Assembly (NCBI GenBank): GCA_963765495.1 | Contig: CAVXWP010000009.1 | Coordinates: 832,001 to 896,000, forward strand | Direction: 5' to 3' | Length of the DNA: 64,000 nt | DNA from: Blastocatellia bacterium | Lineage (GTDB): Bacteria; Acidobacteriota; Blastocatellia; UBA7656 | In this document: one piece after another, positions 22,477 through 32,572 of the stretch | How the letters are laid out: every line of letters begins with the position of its first letter | Numbering within the stretch: position 1 is the stretch's first letter | Notes under the pieces: model-generated | What the model was told of the DNA's origin: nothing | The model's input: the letters and a program-made list of their open reading frames with translations, nothing else | Databases searched by the model: none | Translations under genes and position numbers: made by a program

Positions 22477-23475
22477 ATGAGTGGGGAACATAAACACGAG
22501 CACAAACACTCTCACGGTTCAGCAAACAACCGGCGCAGACTCTCTGTTGTGCTCGCGCTCACATTCCTTTACATGCTGGCGGAGGCAATCGGCGGGTATT
22601 TAACAAATTCGCTCGCGCTGTTGTCGGACGCGGGTCACATGATGACCGACGTTGCCGCGCTCTCGCTGGCGCTGCTCGCGTTATGGTTCTCGACTCGGCC
22701 GATCACACCAAAGAAGACATACGGCTATTACCGTATGGAGATACTTGCGGCGCTCGCAAACGGCGTGGGTCTTGTAGTCATTTCGCTGCTGATTTTTTAC
22801 GAAGCTCTGCATCGCATCAAACAGCCTCCGGCAGTCGAAGGTTTCGAAGTGACGCTGATCGCGATTGGAGGGCTGGCAATCAACGGAGTGAGCGTGTGGA
22901 TGTTGCACGCGGCGTCTGCGGAAAACCTCAATATGCGCGGCGCGTTTCTGCACGTCATCAGCGATGCGCTCGGCTCGGTGGGTGCAATCACGGCGGGGCT
23001 TTTGATTTGGCTGAAGGGGTGGACGATCTCCGATCCGATTATAAGCATCGCCATGTGCCTGCTTATAATCTACGGCGCGTGGCAACTCATACGCGAATCG
23101 GTAAACGTTCTGCTGGAAGGAACGCCGTCTCATATAAACATACTCGCGGTCATAGAGGCCATGCACGAAATCGAAGGCGTCACAAGCGTACACGACCTAC
23201 ACGTATGGACGATCAGTTCGGGCAACGAAGCGCTTTCGGTTCACGTTACGATTGAGCCGGGCGCATCGCACAAGGAAACCCTCGAAGCGCTTCAGTATAG
23301 GCTGCGATCAGGGTTCAAAATAGGACACCTGACCATACAGGTGGAATCGCCGGACGAGCCGGTTGTGGACAACGTCAAGCTTTACAAGATCAACCCAAGG
23401 AGCGAAACCTACACGGATGCGCCAAGCACTAGCGGTAGCCGCAAAAGCGCCGCAGCCCGGAACAGTAAAGACTAG
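22477..23475 (+). CDS. Cation diffusion facilitator (CzcD/ZitB-like)
   Basis: His-rich N-terminus, SLALLSDAGHM, AFLHVISD, HDLHVW. Confidence 0.92.
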   Translation: MSGEHKHEHKHSHGSANNRRRLSVVLALTFLYMLAEAIGGYLTNSLALLSDAGHMMTDVAALSLALLALWFSTRPITPKKTYGYYRMEILAALANGVGLVVISLLIFYEALHRIKQPPAVEGFEVTLIAIGGLAINGVSVWMLHAASAENLNMRGAFLHVISDALGSVGAITAGLLIWLKGWTISDPIISIAMCLLIIYGAWQLIRESVNVLLEGTPSHINILAVIEAMHEIEGVTSVHDLHVWTISSGNEALSVHVTIEPGASHKETLEALQYRLRSGFKIGHLTIQVESPDEPVVDNVKLYKINPRSETYTDAPSTSGSRKSAAARNSKD

Positions 23476-24124
23476 GCTGCACTCACTTCTTTCCATTGAC
23501 GACGCGACCGAATTGTATCGCTGCTTTCTCAAAGATACTCTTGCGCTGATGGAAAGCGTCCCCGAAACCGAAACCGTGATATCTTACACGCCCGCCGGGG
23601 CCGAACACCATTTTGAAGGAATAGCCTCAGGCAACCATCGCCTCCTGCTGCAACGCGGCGAGAGTTTTGGAGACAAGCTCTATCACGCGCTCGCGGATTT
23701 GCTGAGAGAAGGGTTCCGAAGCGCCGCCATTATGGACGCCGACAGCCCGACTTTGCCTCCCCGGTATCTGGCGCAGGCATTTGAAGAACTGGCGCGACCG
23801 GGCGACCGCGTAGTCCTCGGCCCCGCCCTGGACGGAGGCTATTACCTTATAGGGATCAAGCAACCACACAGACAACTCTTCGAGCGAATAACATGGTCGA
23901 CCGAGATGGTTCTCGCCCAGACCATCGAGCGCGCAAGAGAGATAAACCTCGAAGTGTCGCTGCTTCCCGAGTGGTATGATGTAGACAACGTCACCGAATA
24001 CGAGCGACTGATGGAAGAGATAAAAACCGCCGCAAACGAAAGGACCGACTTGAACGGGTTTGCGGCAAATACCCGGCGTTTCATCCTGTCGCGCCGGTCG
24101 CAATATCAGGCAGACGGGAAGTAA
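23417..24124 (+). CDS. TIGR04282/DUF2064-type glycosyltransferase-like protein
   Basis: AKAPQPGTVKTRL, QRGESFG, DSPTLP, VLGPALDGGYYLIG, WYDVD. Confidence 0.85.
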   Translation: MRQALAVAAKAPQPGTVKTRLHSLLSIDDATELYRCFLKDTLALMESVPETETVISYTPAGAEHHFEGIASGNHRLLLQRGESFGDKLYHALADLLREGFRSAAIMDADSPTLPPRYLAQAFEELARPGDRVVLGPALDGGYYLIGIKQPHRQLFERITWSTEMVLAQTIERAREINLEVSLLPEWYDVDNVTEYERLMEEIKTAANERTDLNGFAANTRRFILSRRSQYQADGK

Positions 24125-25695
24125 TGACAAGTCATTCGAAGCTCTTGCCAGGCGGTGTCGAGCGAGAAATGCTGACCTTCATAATATTCAAGGTCTCGCT
24201 TGTCGCTCTCGGCATTTTGAGCCTTGCGCTTTATCACATCAGCGCGCCTCTTTACCGCTATTCGCCGGGCAACGTAACCTACATCGCCACCTTTATCGGC
24301 CAATTCGCGTTTTACCTTCTGGCCTGTTACGCGGTTACTCGCTTTCGCGCAACAGACGCGGCCCGCAATTTATCATCGGTCACGATTTTCACGCTGATGA
24401 TAGTGCTGATGTTTGCGGCGGCTTTTCGCGCAAGGCTTGTGACCGAGCCGCCCTTCCTGTCGAGCGATGTTTACCGCTATATCTGGGACGGTCGCGTGCA
24501 GGCATCGGGCATCAACCCTTACCGTTACATTCCGGCAGAAGAGGAACTGGCTCCTCTGCGAGACGACCTGATCTATGCCAACATAAATCGCAAGGATTTC
24601 GCGCATACGATCTATCCACCCGTAGCGCAGGCGATATTTTTGGCCTCATACCTTGTACGGCCATCGAGCGTGACGACATTCAAAGTAACGATGAGTTTGT
24701 TTGACGCGCTTGCGGCGCTGGCCATAATGCTTGCGCTTGCGCGGGCAAGGATGGACCCCGCGCTTGTCATCTTTTTCGCATGGCATCCACTGGTAATCTG
24801 GGAAGGCGCGCACAGCGGTCATATCGAATCGGCAAGCATGGCGTTTCTGGCGCTCGCGCTTCTCTGTTGGACCTATGAAAAACGCGCTCTTACCGGCGTA
24901 GCCCTCGCGCTCGCAACCCTGGTCAAACTCTATCCGATCATGCTGCTGCCGGTGTTTGCCGCGGCGAAATTGCCGCAGGGGCCAGCTTCGCAGGGGCCAG
25001 CTTCGCAGGAGCCAGGGGCCGGGGGCCAGCTTCGCAGGGGCCGGGGGCCGGGGGCCGGGGGGCTGGGGGCTGGGGATGAGAAGAAAGCTACAGGCAAGAA
25101 AATTGACCTGATAAACCTACTGGCCCCCGGCCCCCGGCCCCTGCTCCATCTGGCAGCTGCATTTATCCTCACGATCATAATCGCGTATCTGCCTTATCTG
25201 AGCGTAGGCGCGAAAGTGATAGGATACCTGCCGGGATATTTGAAAGAAGAAGGATATATGCACGCCGGGAATCGCTATTTTCTGCTGAGCCTCGTGCGAT
25301 GGTTTGTCCCTTTGCCGACTGCCGCATACTCTGTTTTTTCGGCCCTCGCTCTACTGGGGTTCGGCGTGTGGCAGCTATTGAAACCGAAACGCAACGTTAC
25401 GGATGTCGCTCGCGGAGCCGCTCAGTTGATAGGGCTTTTCATGATACTCAGCAGCCCTCGCTATAGCTGGTATGTAGCGTGGATAATTCCATTTCTCTGC
25501 TTTGCGCCACGGGCGGCCTGGCTATATCTGACCGGCGCTTCGGTCTTGCTTTATCTGCTCTGGTTCACGACCGATTATCCCAATATCCCTTTATGGCTGG
25601 GCGCGGCGATTTATGTGCCGGCCCTCGCGCTGTTTATCAGGGATAGGGTCAAGATAAAAGTTGTGAAAGAGAAGGCAAGCGCGTCACAGGCTTGA
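24124..25695 (+). CDS. GT-C fold membrane glycosyltransferase (GT87/DUF2029-like) with an in-frame repeat insertion
   Basis: SSDVYRYIWDGRVQ..GINPY, TIYPP, FAWHPL, GHIE, KLYP, WYVAW. Confidence 0.85.
   Translation: MTSHSKLLPGGVEREMLTFIIFKVSLVALGILSLALYHISAPLYRYSPGNVTYIATFIGQFAFYLLACYAVTRFRATDAARNLSSVTIFTLMIVLMFAAAFRARLVTEPPFLSSDVYRYIWDGRVQASGINPYRYIPAEEELAPLRDDLIYANINRKDFAHTIYPPVAQAIFLASYLVRPSSVTTFKVTMSLFDALAALAIMLALARARMDPALVIFFAWHPLVIWEGAHSGHIESASMAFLALALLCWTYEKRALTGVALALATLVKLYPIMLLPVFAAAKLPQGPASQGPASQEPGAGGQLRRGRGPGAGGLGAGDEKKATGKKIDLINLLAPGPRPLLHLAAAFILTIIIAYLPYLSVGAKVIGYLPGYLKEEGYMHAGNRYFLLSLVRWFVPLPTAAYSVFSALALLGFGVWQLLKPKRNVTDVARGAAQLIGLFMILSSPRYSWYVAWIIPFLCFAPRAAWLYLTGASVLLYLLWFTTDYPNIPLWLGAAIYVPALALFIRDRVKIKVVKEKASASQA
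24978..25142. repeat. GGGGCC-type palindromic repeat element inside the GT gene
   Basis: GGGGCCAGCTTCGCA units and (GGGGCCG)n ... (GGCCCCC)n; translated as QGPASQGPASQEPGAGG...LAPGPRP. Confidence 0.8.
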
Positions 25696-25755
25696 TAACC
25701 GGGTGTGCTTGATAGAAACTTATTTTCCACATTTTTGCGAACCGGGGAGAATTGA

Positions 25756-26565
25756 ATGCCTACTTTAGATCAGGAATTTGACTTTGATTTCAACGAGCGA
25801 TCCCTCGAAGGCCGGGTGATTTTAGTGGCGGGCGGAACAGGCGGTCTCGGAAGCGCCACGGTCGCATTGCTCGCGCGCGAAGGTGCTCAGCTCGTAGTCG
25901 GATATTGCAGCAACCGCGACCGGGCAAGGGCGCTCAAACAGGTAGTCGAAGCCGCATACGATACTACTCTTCATCTGGTTGAAGGAGATATTTCCGATCC
26001 CGACCAGCGCAGGCGTTACATCGAAACAGCCGACCGGCTAGGAGATGGCCTCTATGGGCTGATCTGTTTCACAGGCGACCCGGCTCGCGTGAAATTCGAG
26101 GAGATGACCGATGAAGACATGCAGGCTTCGATGGAAGAGAATTACATCGCGCCCGTGTTGCTTGCGCGGCAGGCGGCTGAGAGCATGAAGCGCCGGGGCC
26201 AGCAGGGCGCAATAGTGTTGACTTCGACCATGCAGGCAGTGGCGGTCTTTGAATCGAGTGTAAATTACGCAGGGCCGAAAACGGCTCTGATACAGGCAGC
26301 ACGCATAATGGCCAAGCAGGCGGGCGGGCCCGCCGACATTCGTGTGAACGTGATAGCGCCCGGGGTCAATCGCGCAGGGATGGCGATGAAGTCAATCGAG
26401 TCGGGCAAATATGACTTCTTCATCGATCAGGAAGTCATTCCACGCTTCGGTCGCCCCGAAGATATTGCTCGCGTCGTGCGCTTGCTCGTCGAGCCTGATA
26501 ATTACATAACCGGCCAGGTAATCACCGTAGACGGCGGGCTGACCCTGCGGCGAGATCGTGGATAA
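25756..26565 (+). CDS. SDR family oxidoreductase
   Basis: AGGTGGLG, YAGPK, IRVNVIAPG, YITGQVITVDGG. Confidence 0.88.
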   Translation: MPTLDQEFDFDFNERSLEGRVILVAGGTGGLGSATVALLAREGAQLVVGYCSNRDRARALKQVVEAAYDTTLHLVEGDISDPDQRRRYIETADRLGDGLYGLICFTGDPARVKFEEMTDEDMQASMEENYIAPVLLARQAAESMKRRGQQGAIVLTSTMQAVAVFESSVNYAGPKTALIQAARIMAKQAGGPADIRVNVIAPGVNRAGMAMKSIESGKYDFFIDQEVIPRFGRPEDIARVVRLLVEPDNYITGQVITVDGGLTLRRDRG

Positions 26566-26618
26566 AGATAGCCCCTTGCCCGTACGGCGGTCTATAGACA
26601 AAAACCAGAAGGAGCAAA

Positions 26619-28196
26619 ATGCGAATTAATTTTCGGTTTTTCAACAAGAGTGTAATCACGAGCCTGATTCTGATTGTGGCCGTTTCCTGTATGGGGGCGC
26701 AGCAGAAGAGTGTCCGGCAATCGGCTCTGACCCGGAGCAGGCAGGCGACTCTTGATCATATCTCCGCTTCGTCGCTCGAAGGCCATCTGTCATTTATCGC
26801 CTCTGACATGCTCGAAGGGCGCAACACTCCATCAACGGGGCTCGATACTGCCGCTCTGTATATTGCCGCGCAGTTTCGCCGCGCAGGTCTCGAACCCGCG
26901 GGCGATGATGGTTATTTTCAAACGGCCAACTGGCTTGTTTCAGAGCGTACGCCTGATGGGTTTGAGCTAAAGTTTGATACCGGGAAAGAGACTATCAAGG
27001 TCGATAAGGATCGGGTGAGCATTTCTCTTAATCAGGCCCTCGATCTTTCGCGCGCTCCTTTGCTCAAGGTGAATTATGAAGATTCTGCGGCTATCTCGGC
27101 GCTTGGCGTTGATGCGCAGGGAAAGGCGATACTGACCGAGATACCCGATTTTCGCAAAGCAGACCGTTCTCGACGGGGCGAACTGTATCAGGCCAGAAGC
27201 CAGTTCATGAGGAAGATGGGAGAGGTTAAAGCGGCTGTGATTATTTCGATTGACCGGAGCAGTCCGACCGGCACAGGCCCCGCGTCCAGCCGGTTGATAG
27301 ACCCCGAAAACCGCCGAGATATCGCTTCAACCGCTTCAACGCCTTTCATCACCGTTCACGATCCGGCAGTAGTAAAAATGTATGACTCGATGGCATCTGC
27401 ATCGAATACGGGTACGGTCTCTATTCATCTTGCCGCGCCTGACGAGCACCCCGTCAAGCTGCGCAATGTCATAGGCATCCTGCGCGGATCGGACCCGCAG
27501 TTGAAAGATACTTATGTGCTGGTCACAGCGCATTACGATCATATTGGCGTGGACCCGAGTCTTCCGGGCGACAAAATATTTAACGGCGCGAACGATGATG
27601 GGAGCGGCACGGTTTCGGTCATCGAGATAGCATCGGCCCTGGCCACGCTGAAGGCGCGACCAAAACGGACCCTTGTTTTTATGACCGTCTTTGGCGAAGA
27701 GAAAGGGCTGCTCGGCTCGCGTTATTACGGACGGCACCCGATCTTTCCAATCGAGAAGACTGTAGCCGACATCAATCTTGAACAGGTAGGCCGCACCGAC
27801 AGCACCGAAGGGCCGCAAATCGCTAATGCCTCGCTGACGGGTTTTGATTATTCCGATGTAGGGGAGATTCTGAAACAAGCCGGCTCGCTTACAGGCATCA
27901 CCGTCTATAAGCATGCCCAGAATAGCGATGCCTATTTTGGCCGCAGCGACAACCAGGCGCTTGCCGATCAAGGTGTCCCCGCTCATACGCTGTGCGTGGC
28001 TTTCGATTACGCCGACTATCACGGCGCGGGCGATCACTGGGAGAAAATAGACTATGCAAACATGGCTAAGGTAGACCGCATGGTAGCTCTCGCGCTCATA
28101 ATGATTGCCGATAGCCGGGACGCGCCAAAGTGGAATGAAGCAAACCCAAAGACCGCCCGCTATGTGAAGGCATGGCAGGAGCACCACGGGAAGTAA
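26619..28196 (+). CDS. Secreted M28 family peptidase with PA-like insert
   Basis: TAHYDHIG, NGANDDGSG, GEEKGLLGS, RSDN, DYH. Confidence 0.9.
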   Translation: MRINFRFFNKSVITSLILIVAVSCMGAQQKSVRQSALTRSRQATLDHISASSLEGHLSFIASDMLEGRNTPSTGLDTAALYIAAQFRRAGLEPAGDDGYFQTANWLVSERTPDGFELKFDTGKETIKVDKDRVSISLNQALDLSRAPLLKVNYEDSAAISALGVDAQGKAILTEIPDFRKADRSRRGELYQARSQFMRKMGEVKAAVIISIDRSSPTGTGPASSRLIDPENRRDIASTASTPFITVHDPAVVKMYDSMASASNTGTVSIHLAAPDEHPVKLRNVIGILRGSDPQLKDTYVLVTAHYDHIGVDPSLPGDKIFNGANDDGSGTVSVIEIASALATLKARPKRTLVFMTVFGEEKGLLGSRYYGRHPIFPIEKTVADINLEQVGRTDSTEGPQIANASLTGFDYSDVGEILKQAGSLTGITVYKHAQNSDAYFGRSDNQALADQGVPAHTLCVAFDYADYHGAGDHWEKIDYANMAKVDRMVALALIMIADSRDAPKWNEANPKTARYVKAWQEHHGK

Positions 28197-28395
28197 AACC
28201 GTGGCAACTGAATTTTAGTTTTCCTCAAACGGATTAGCTCATATTAGGTCAGATCCGCGTATATCCGCCGCATCCGCGTCCGTCCCGGCCTATTAACCCC
28301 GCCTTTCATTCAAATCCATCTGCACCGATCTCTCGGGGTATGATTTAGAGGCTGTGACCGCAAATATGCAAAACTCGTCTAAGGGGGAGCATGCT

Positions 28396-28551
28396 CAGGG
28401 CTATTGCAAAGTAGCTTGACATGTATGGTAGGGGCAGGGCTTGTCCCTGCCCGGATCGCCCGAAGGGCGATGACTGTCATCGCGCTTACGCGCGATTCGG
28501 GCAGCCACAAGGGCTGCCCCTACATTTTTGCTCGACTTTGCAATAGCCCTG
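28396..28551. mobile_element. 156-bp MITE enclosing a GTAG-type REP doublet
   Basis: 17-bp TIR CAGGGCTATTGCAAAGT; 10-bp TSD GGAGCATGCT (28386-28395 and 28552-28561); inner GTAGGGGCAGGGCTTGTCCCTGCCC...GGGCAGCCACAAGGGCTGCCCCTAC. Confidence 0.9.
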
Positions 28552-28643
28552 GGAGCATGCTAAAGCAGATTTCCCCATGTCTGCTCGCTCCATTACAATA
28601 CAAACAGGACGCTGTGAGCAGATGTCGGTAGCAATCGAGGATT

Positions 28644-29282
28644 ATGCAGCTATTGCTTGCAGTGCTCATAGAGTTCTGGAGTCTCCTCAGAAAACTCGGG
28701 GGGCTTGGCCTGATCCTTATGGGTTTTCTTGACAGTTCCGTCATTCCAACCCCGGGCGGGTTGGATTTGCTGACCATCGTGCTTGCGGCGGGGCAAAAAA
28801 CCTGGTGGCCTTATTATGCCGCGATGGCTGTTGCCGGGTCGGTTATCGGCGGGTATCTGAGCTATGAACTTGGGCGCAAGGGCGGTGAAGAGGCCATTGA
28901 AAAAAGAATGTCCAAAAAGAAATTTGACCGCGTATGCCGAGCCTTCGAGAAATGGGGATTCGGAGCCGTCTTTGTACCCACGATCCTGCCTCCCCCTTTT
29001 CCGATAGGTCCGATTTTTATGGGCGCGGGGGCGCTTGATTATCCGCTCAAAAAATTCCTGCTCGCGCTCACCGCAGGCCGCGTCATCAGATTCACTATAG
29101 TCGCTTACATGGCTTCAAGATATGGCCAGTACGTAATAAAGTTCTTCTCAGATAATTACGTGATGATACTCCTGATAATCGCGGGGCTGACGGCAGCAGG
29201 AGGCTTAGCCTTTTTTCTTTTCCGCTCACACGACAAACAAACCAAAAAGAAAGCGTCCGATGCCACGGCAAGCGGAGATTAA
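28644..29282 (+). CDS. YqaA/DedA (VTT) family membrane protein
   Basis: LDSSVIP.PG..D, GSVIGGYLSYELGR, LPPPFP, GRVIRF. Confidence 0.85.
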   Translation: MQLLLAVLIEFWSLLRKLGGLGLILMGFLDSSVIPTPGGLDLLTIVLAAGQKTWWPYYAAMAVAGSVIGGYLSYELGRKGGEEAIEKRMSKKKFDRVCRAFEKWGFGAVFVPTILPPPFPIGPIFMGAGALDYPLKKFLLALTAGRVIRFTIVAYMASRYGQYVIKFFSDNYVMILLIIAGLTAAGGLAFFLFRSHDKQTKKKASDATASGD

Positions 29283-31405
29283 ATGACCGGCACAGGGACG
29301 GCCATCTCTTCTCCGCCAACAGGCGCAAGTGGAATTATTAACCGGAACTCGGTTCCGTGGCCGTCGCGTGCGGGGCTCTTGAGTTCTATAATGCCGCCAA
29401 GCTCAACGATACGGCGCTGAACTATGGCAAGTCCCAATCCCGTGCCTCTGGACTTGGTGGTATAGAAAGGCTCGAACACCCGGCGCTGATCTTCTTCGGG
29501 AATGCCCGGCCCCGTGTCTGTGATCGTAAGCATCACGCTGGACGAAGACGGGGTGCCTCTCTCCGAGTGGGTCTTTTGCCTGTCGAATTCCACGCTCGCA
29601 ACCACGGCGACCTCTCCCCCCTCGCCCGTTGCCTGAAGACCGTTGAGCACAAGATTGCCGAGCGCCTCGCGCACCGCCGAGGCCTGCGCGCCTGTAAGCG
29701 TCACATCCTGATCAACCACAACGTTCAGCGCGACGCGCAGTTCGCGAGCCTCTTTGCCAATGAGTGCCATCGTGGAGTCGAGCAATTCCGACATCGACAC
29801 GGGGCGGCTGTCTTGATGATTTGGGCGCGAGAAGGCGAGAAGTTGCGAAACAGTCCGGTTGAGGCGATCTATTTCGCTGACGATCAACTCCAGATCACGG
29901 TCGTATTCCTTGAGCGACTCTTCTTCGCGCATCACCTGGGCTATGGATTTGATCGAAGAGAGCGGGTTTTTGACTTCGTGCGCTACGGTAGCGGCCATCT
30001 GTCCAAGCGTAGCCAGTCGCTCGCGCGCGGCAAGCTCACGTTCGAGTCGTATCTTTTCTTCTACAAGCAGGCAGCCTTCGACTTCGATGGCTACCTGCCC
30101 CGCCAGCACATCGAGAATAGATCGCTTCTCAGATGTCAACGTCTGAGCTTCGGCCTCTATTATCATCAGCCCTATAACTTTGTTTTCGCGTCTGAGGCCG
30201 TAAGCGATGCTCGCGCCCAGTTCCGTCAAATCCTCGTCCGTCTCGATCATATCCGATTGCCAGAGGCGGAGCTTTTCAATCAGCCGCCGCTCGGGGCCTT
30301 CGGCGAGCGTAGCGATTGAAGGGACTACGCGAACCCGCGCCAGATCAAGCCCCCGGCGAATGATCTCTTCCGTGTACCGCACAACCGCGTCGAGTTCACC
30401 AAGCCCCGCAGTGCCTGCCGACACCTGTCGCACAACGTCGCGGTACAACCCGATCTCATGAGCAAACAGGCGATGCACCATTCTCTCGATCACCCGTATG
30501 ACGGGACCGGCCAGCGCGACCATCCCGAGTATCAATATCGCTTCGATCACTCCGGGCCGCGACCCAAATCGCTCGACAAAAAATTGATCCAGTTGCCTCA
30601 CGCCGTAAGTGTAAACCGCTATAAAGACGACCGCGAATCCCGCGTACATCAAGCTGTCTTTTATGATGATGTCCACTATCTTGTAGCGATAGACGTAGTA
30701 GGCCACAAAGAAAGTCGGCAAAAGCGACAGCAAAATGTAGGCTACCCAGAGAAAATCGTTCGGGCCTGAGCGACGCAACCCGACTATGGCGAATTCGAAC
30801 CCGCCTATGATGAACAGGAAAATGGCGAGCAATTTGAAGAACGCTCGCTCGCGTGTGGCAGATATATTTAGGCGATCCTTGATCACCCAGTCAATTGCCG
30901 ACGCCGACCAGAAGGCATACATCCACCATACGGAATAGGGAATAAGCAATCTTCTGAGCTTTACAAAAAACAACTGGTAATCGCCGGTATTGATCAGGTA
31001 GATCGCATAAGGCAGCACGATCATCGGCGCATAAAAAGCCAGCCCCGCGATTCGGGCCTGCCTCTCGCTTGCAGTCCGATTCTTATTAAATGAACTCCAG
31101 ACGGCAAAGTGCGCGTGAAGTAGCGCGGAAGGGACCAGCGCTACGCCGATCATAGTAATGGTATCCCAGACTCTCAAAAGAGAGGTTAGCCGCTCGCTGC
31201 CAAGCAGCAGAAGGTGCAGCATAGTGAGCATATTTCCGAGAAACCACCCGCCCAGACAAAGACCCAGCAATACGAATGTGCGTTCGGCAAGCGTCATATG
31301 CTCGCGTGCGCCCAGCCGCCTCTTCCAGATCAACCAGGCGATGTAGAGGTGCAGCGCCGCCCCGGTGGCGAATCCTACGAGCTTTAATATTTCAAGCAGT
31401 GACAT
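29279..31405 (-). CDS. Multi-TM sensor histidine kinase with GAF-like domain
   Basis: VAHEVKNPL H-box, NLVLNG, DTGPGI, FYTTK..GTGLGL; polytopic N-terminus. Confidence 0.9.
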   Translation of the reverse strand: MSLLEILKLVGFATGAALHLYIAWLIWKRRLGAREHMTLAERTFVLLGLCLGGWFLGNMLTMLHLLLLGSERLTSLLRVWDTITMIGVALVPSALLHAHFAVWSSFNKNRTASERQARIAGLAFYAPMIVLPYAIYLINTGDYQLFFVKLRRLLIPYSVWWMYAFWSASAIDWVIKDRLNISATRERAFFKLLAIFLFIIGGFEFAIVGLRRSGPNDFLWVAYILLSLLPTFFVAYYVYRYKIVDIIIKDSLMYAGFAVVFIAVYTYGVRQLDQFFVERFGSRPGVIEAILILGMVALAGPVIRVIERMVHRLFAHEIGLYRDVVRQVSAGTAGLGELDAVVRYTEEIIRRGLDLARVRVVPSIATLAEGPERRLIEKLRLWQSDMIETDEDLTELGASIAYGLRRENKVIGLMIIEAEAQTLTSEKRSILDVLAGQVAIEVEGCLLVEEKIRLERELAARERLATLGQMAATVAHEVKNPLSSIKSIAQVMREEESLKEYDRDLELIVSEIDRLNRTVSQLLAFSRPNHQDSRPVSMSELLDSTMALIGKEARELRVALNVVVDQDVTLTGAQASAVREALGNLVLNGLQATGEGGEVAVVASVEFDRQKTHSERGTPSSSSVMLTITDTGPGIPEEDQRRVFEPFYTTKSRGTGLGLAIVQRRIVELGGIIELKSPARDGHGTEFRLIIPLAPVGGEEMAVPVPVI

Positions 31406-31576
31406 AACCGAAGACAATAAACTTCAACTGGATGGCAAGTCAGGTCTAAACGCTACGGCTTACTGTAAACGTCGGCGGAAAGAAATGTCAAAGCCCTTTG
31501 AGGGCGAGCGAGAATCCGCGTGGCCTGATCTATGATATGTGGATACAATGTCAGGGCGGGAATCAAGGATCAGCAA

Positions 31577-32263
31577 ATGAAGGCCACCGACAAAGAAGAG
31601 ACTCTCAAGGCTTATGAGCGCCACGCCTCATCGGTAGACGCGGAGTTTCACCGTGTCTTCGAGCAGTTTGCCGACCGCATGCAGTGCGGTAAAGGCTGTT
31701 CGATGTGTTGCAGTCAGATGTTTTCGATCTCGCTAATCGAAGCCGCCTACATATCTCGCGCAGTAAAAGCTATGCCCGAAGAGCGCCGCCACCGCCTGCG
31801 CGCCTCGGCTCGCGATTACATCGCAAAGGCCAGAAAATTGACCTTAGACAACGATGAAGACGACGGCGAAGAAGCCATAACGCCGCGCCCCGGATTGAGA
31901 CTTCCCTGCCCGGCGCTCATCGATGATGCCTGCTCGATCTATGATGCGAGGCCGCTCATCTGTCGCAAGTGGGGCATACCGCTTTTCAATCCAAAAAAGC
32001 CTGTGGAACTTCAAGCCTGCGAGCTGAATTTTCGCCCCGGCGAAGAGGTTGATATAACCGGATTGCTCGAACCCCAGGTGTCGCTGCTGGAAGAGTGGGT
32101 CGAACTCAAAGACCAGACAAGAAAAACTCTTCGCCATCCGAAGATGACAACTACCGTGGCTGAAGCGATAATGTATGACTTTGAAGATATCTTATTTAAC
32201 GAAGAAGAAGGACAAAGAAAACATGGTTTTGAAGCTGCAAGAACTGAGACGATACGTGATTGA
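31577..32263 (+). CDS. YkgJ family cysteine-cluster protein
   Basis: CGKGCSMCC, CPAL...CSIYDARPLICR. Confidence 0.88.
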   Translation: MKATDKEETLKAYERHASSVDAEFHRVFEQFADRMQCGKGCSMCCSQMFSISLIEAAYISRAVKAMPEERRHRLRASARDYIAKARKLTLDNDEDDGEEAITPRPGLRLPCPALIDDACSIYDARPLICRKWGIPLFNPKKPVELQACELNFRPGEEVDITGLLEPQVSLLEEWVELKDQTRKTLRHPKMTTTVAEAIMYDFEDILFNEEEGQRKHGFEAARTETIRD

Positions 32264-32513
32264 TAATCGAGTTGAAATCAAATTCAGCGACCCCGATTCC
32301 AGCCACCAGTTCCTACTCAACAACAAGGGGCAGATAAAGATTTTAAGCGAAGACAAGGATTCCCGCCTTGAGGATATTTTTGCCTCTGTTCAAACCTTTG
32401 AGGTAATCAATGAAGATAAGACGCAGCAGATGTCGCGGGCGGCTCTGGCCGAGGCAGTCGGCGAAGCGTTCAAGCGGCGCGGATTTGCCGCCTGGAAAGA
32501 TGAGGAAGAGTAA
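32223..32513 (+). CDS. Hypothetical protein
   Basis: Plausible ORF overlapping the upstream gene and ending just before a terminator. Confidence 0.6.
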   Translation: MVLKLQELRRYVIDNRVEIKFSDPDSSHQFLLNNKGQIKILSEDKDSRLEDIFASVQTFEVINEDKTQQMSRAALAEAVGEAFKRRGFAAWKDEEE

Positions 32514-32516
32514 TTC

Positions 32517-32556
32517 AAAAAGGCCACCGAGATATTTCGGTGGCCTTTGTTGTTTT
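32517..32556. terminator. Bidirectional terminator
   Basis: AAAAAGGCCACCGA-GATATT-TCGGTGGCCTTTGTTGTTTT. Confidence 0.85.
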
Positions 32557-32572
32557 CAAATCAGAGGTCAGG

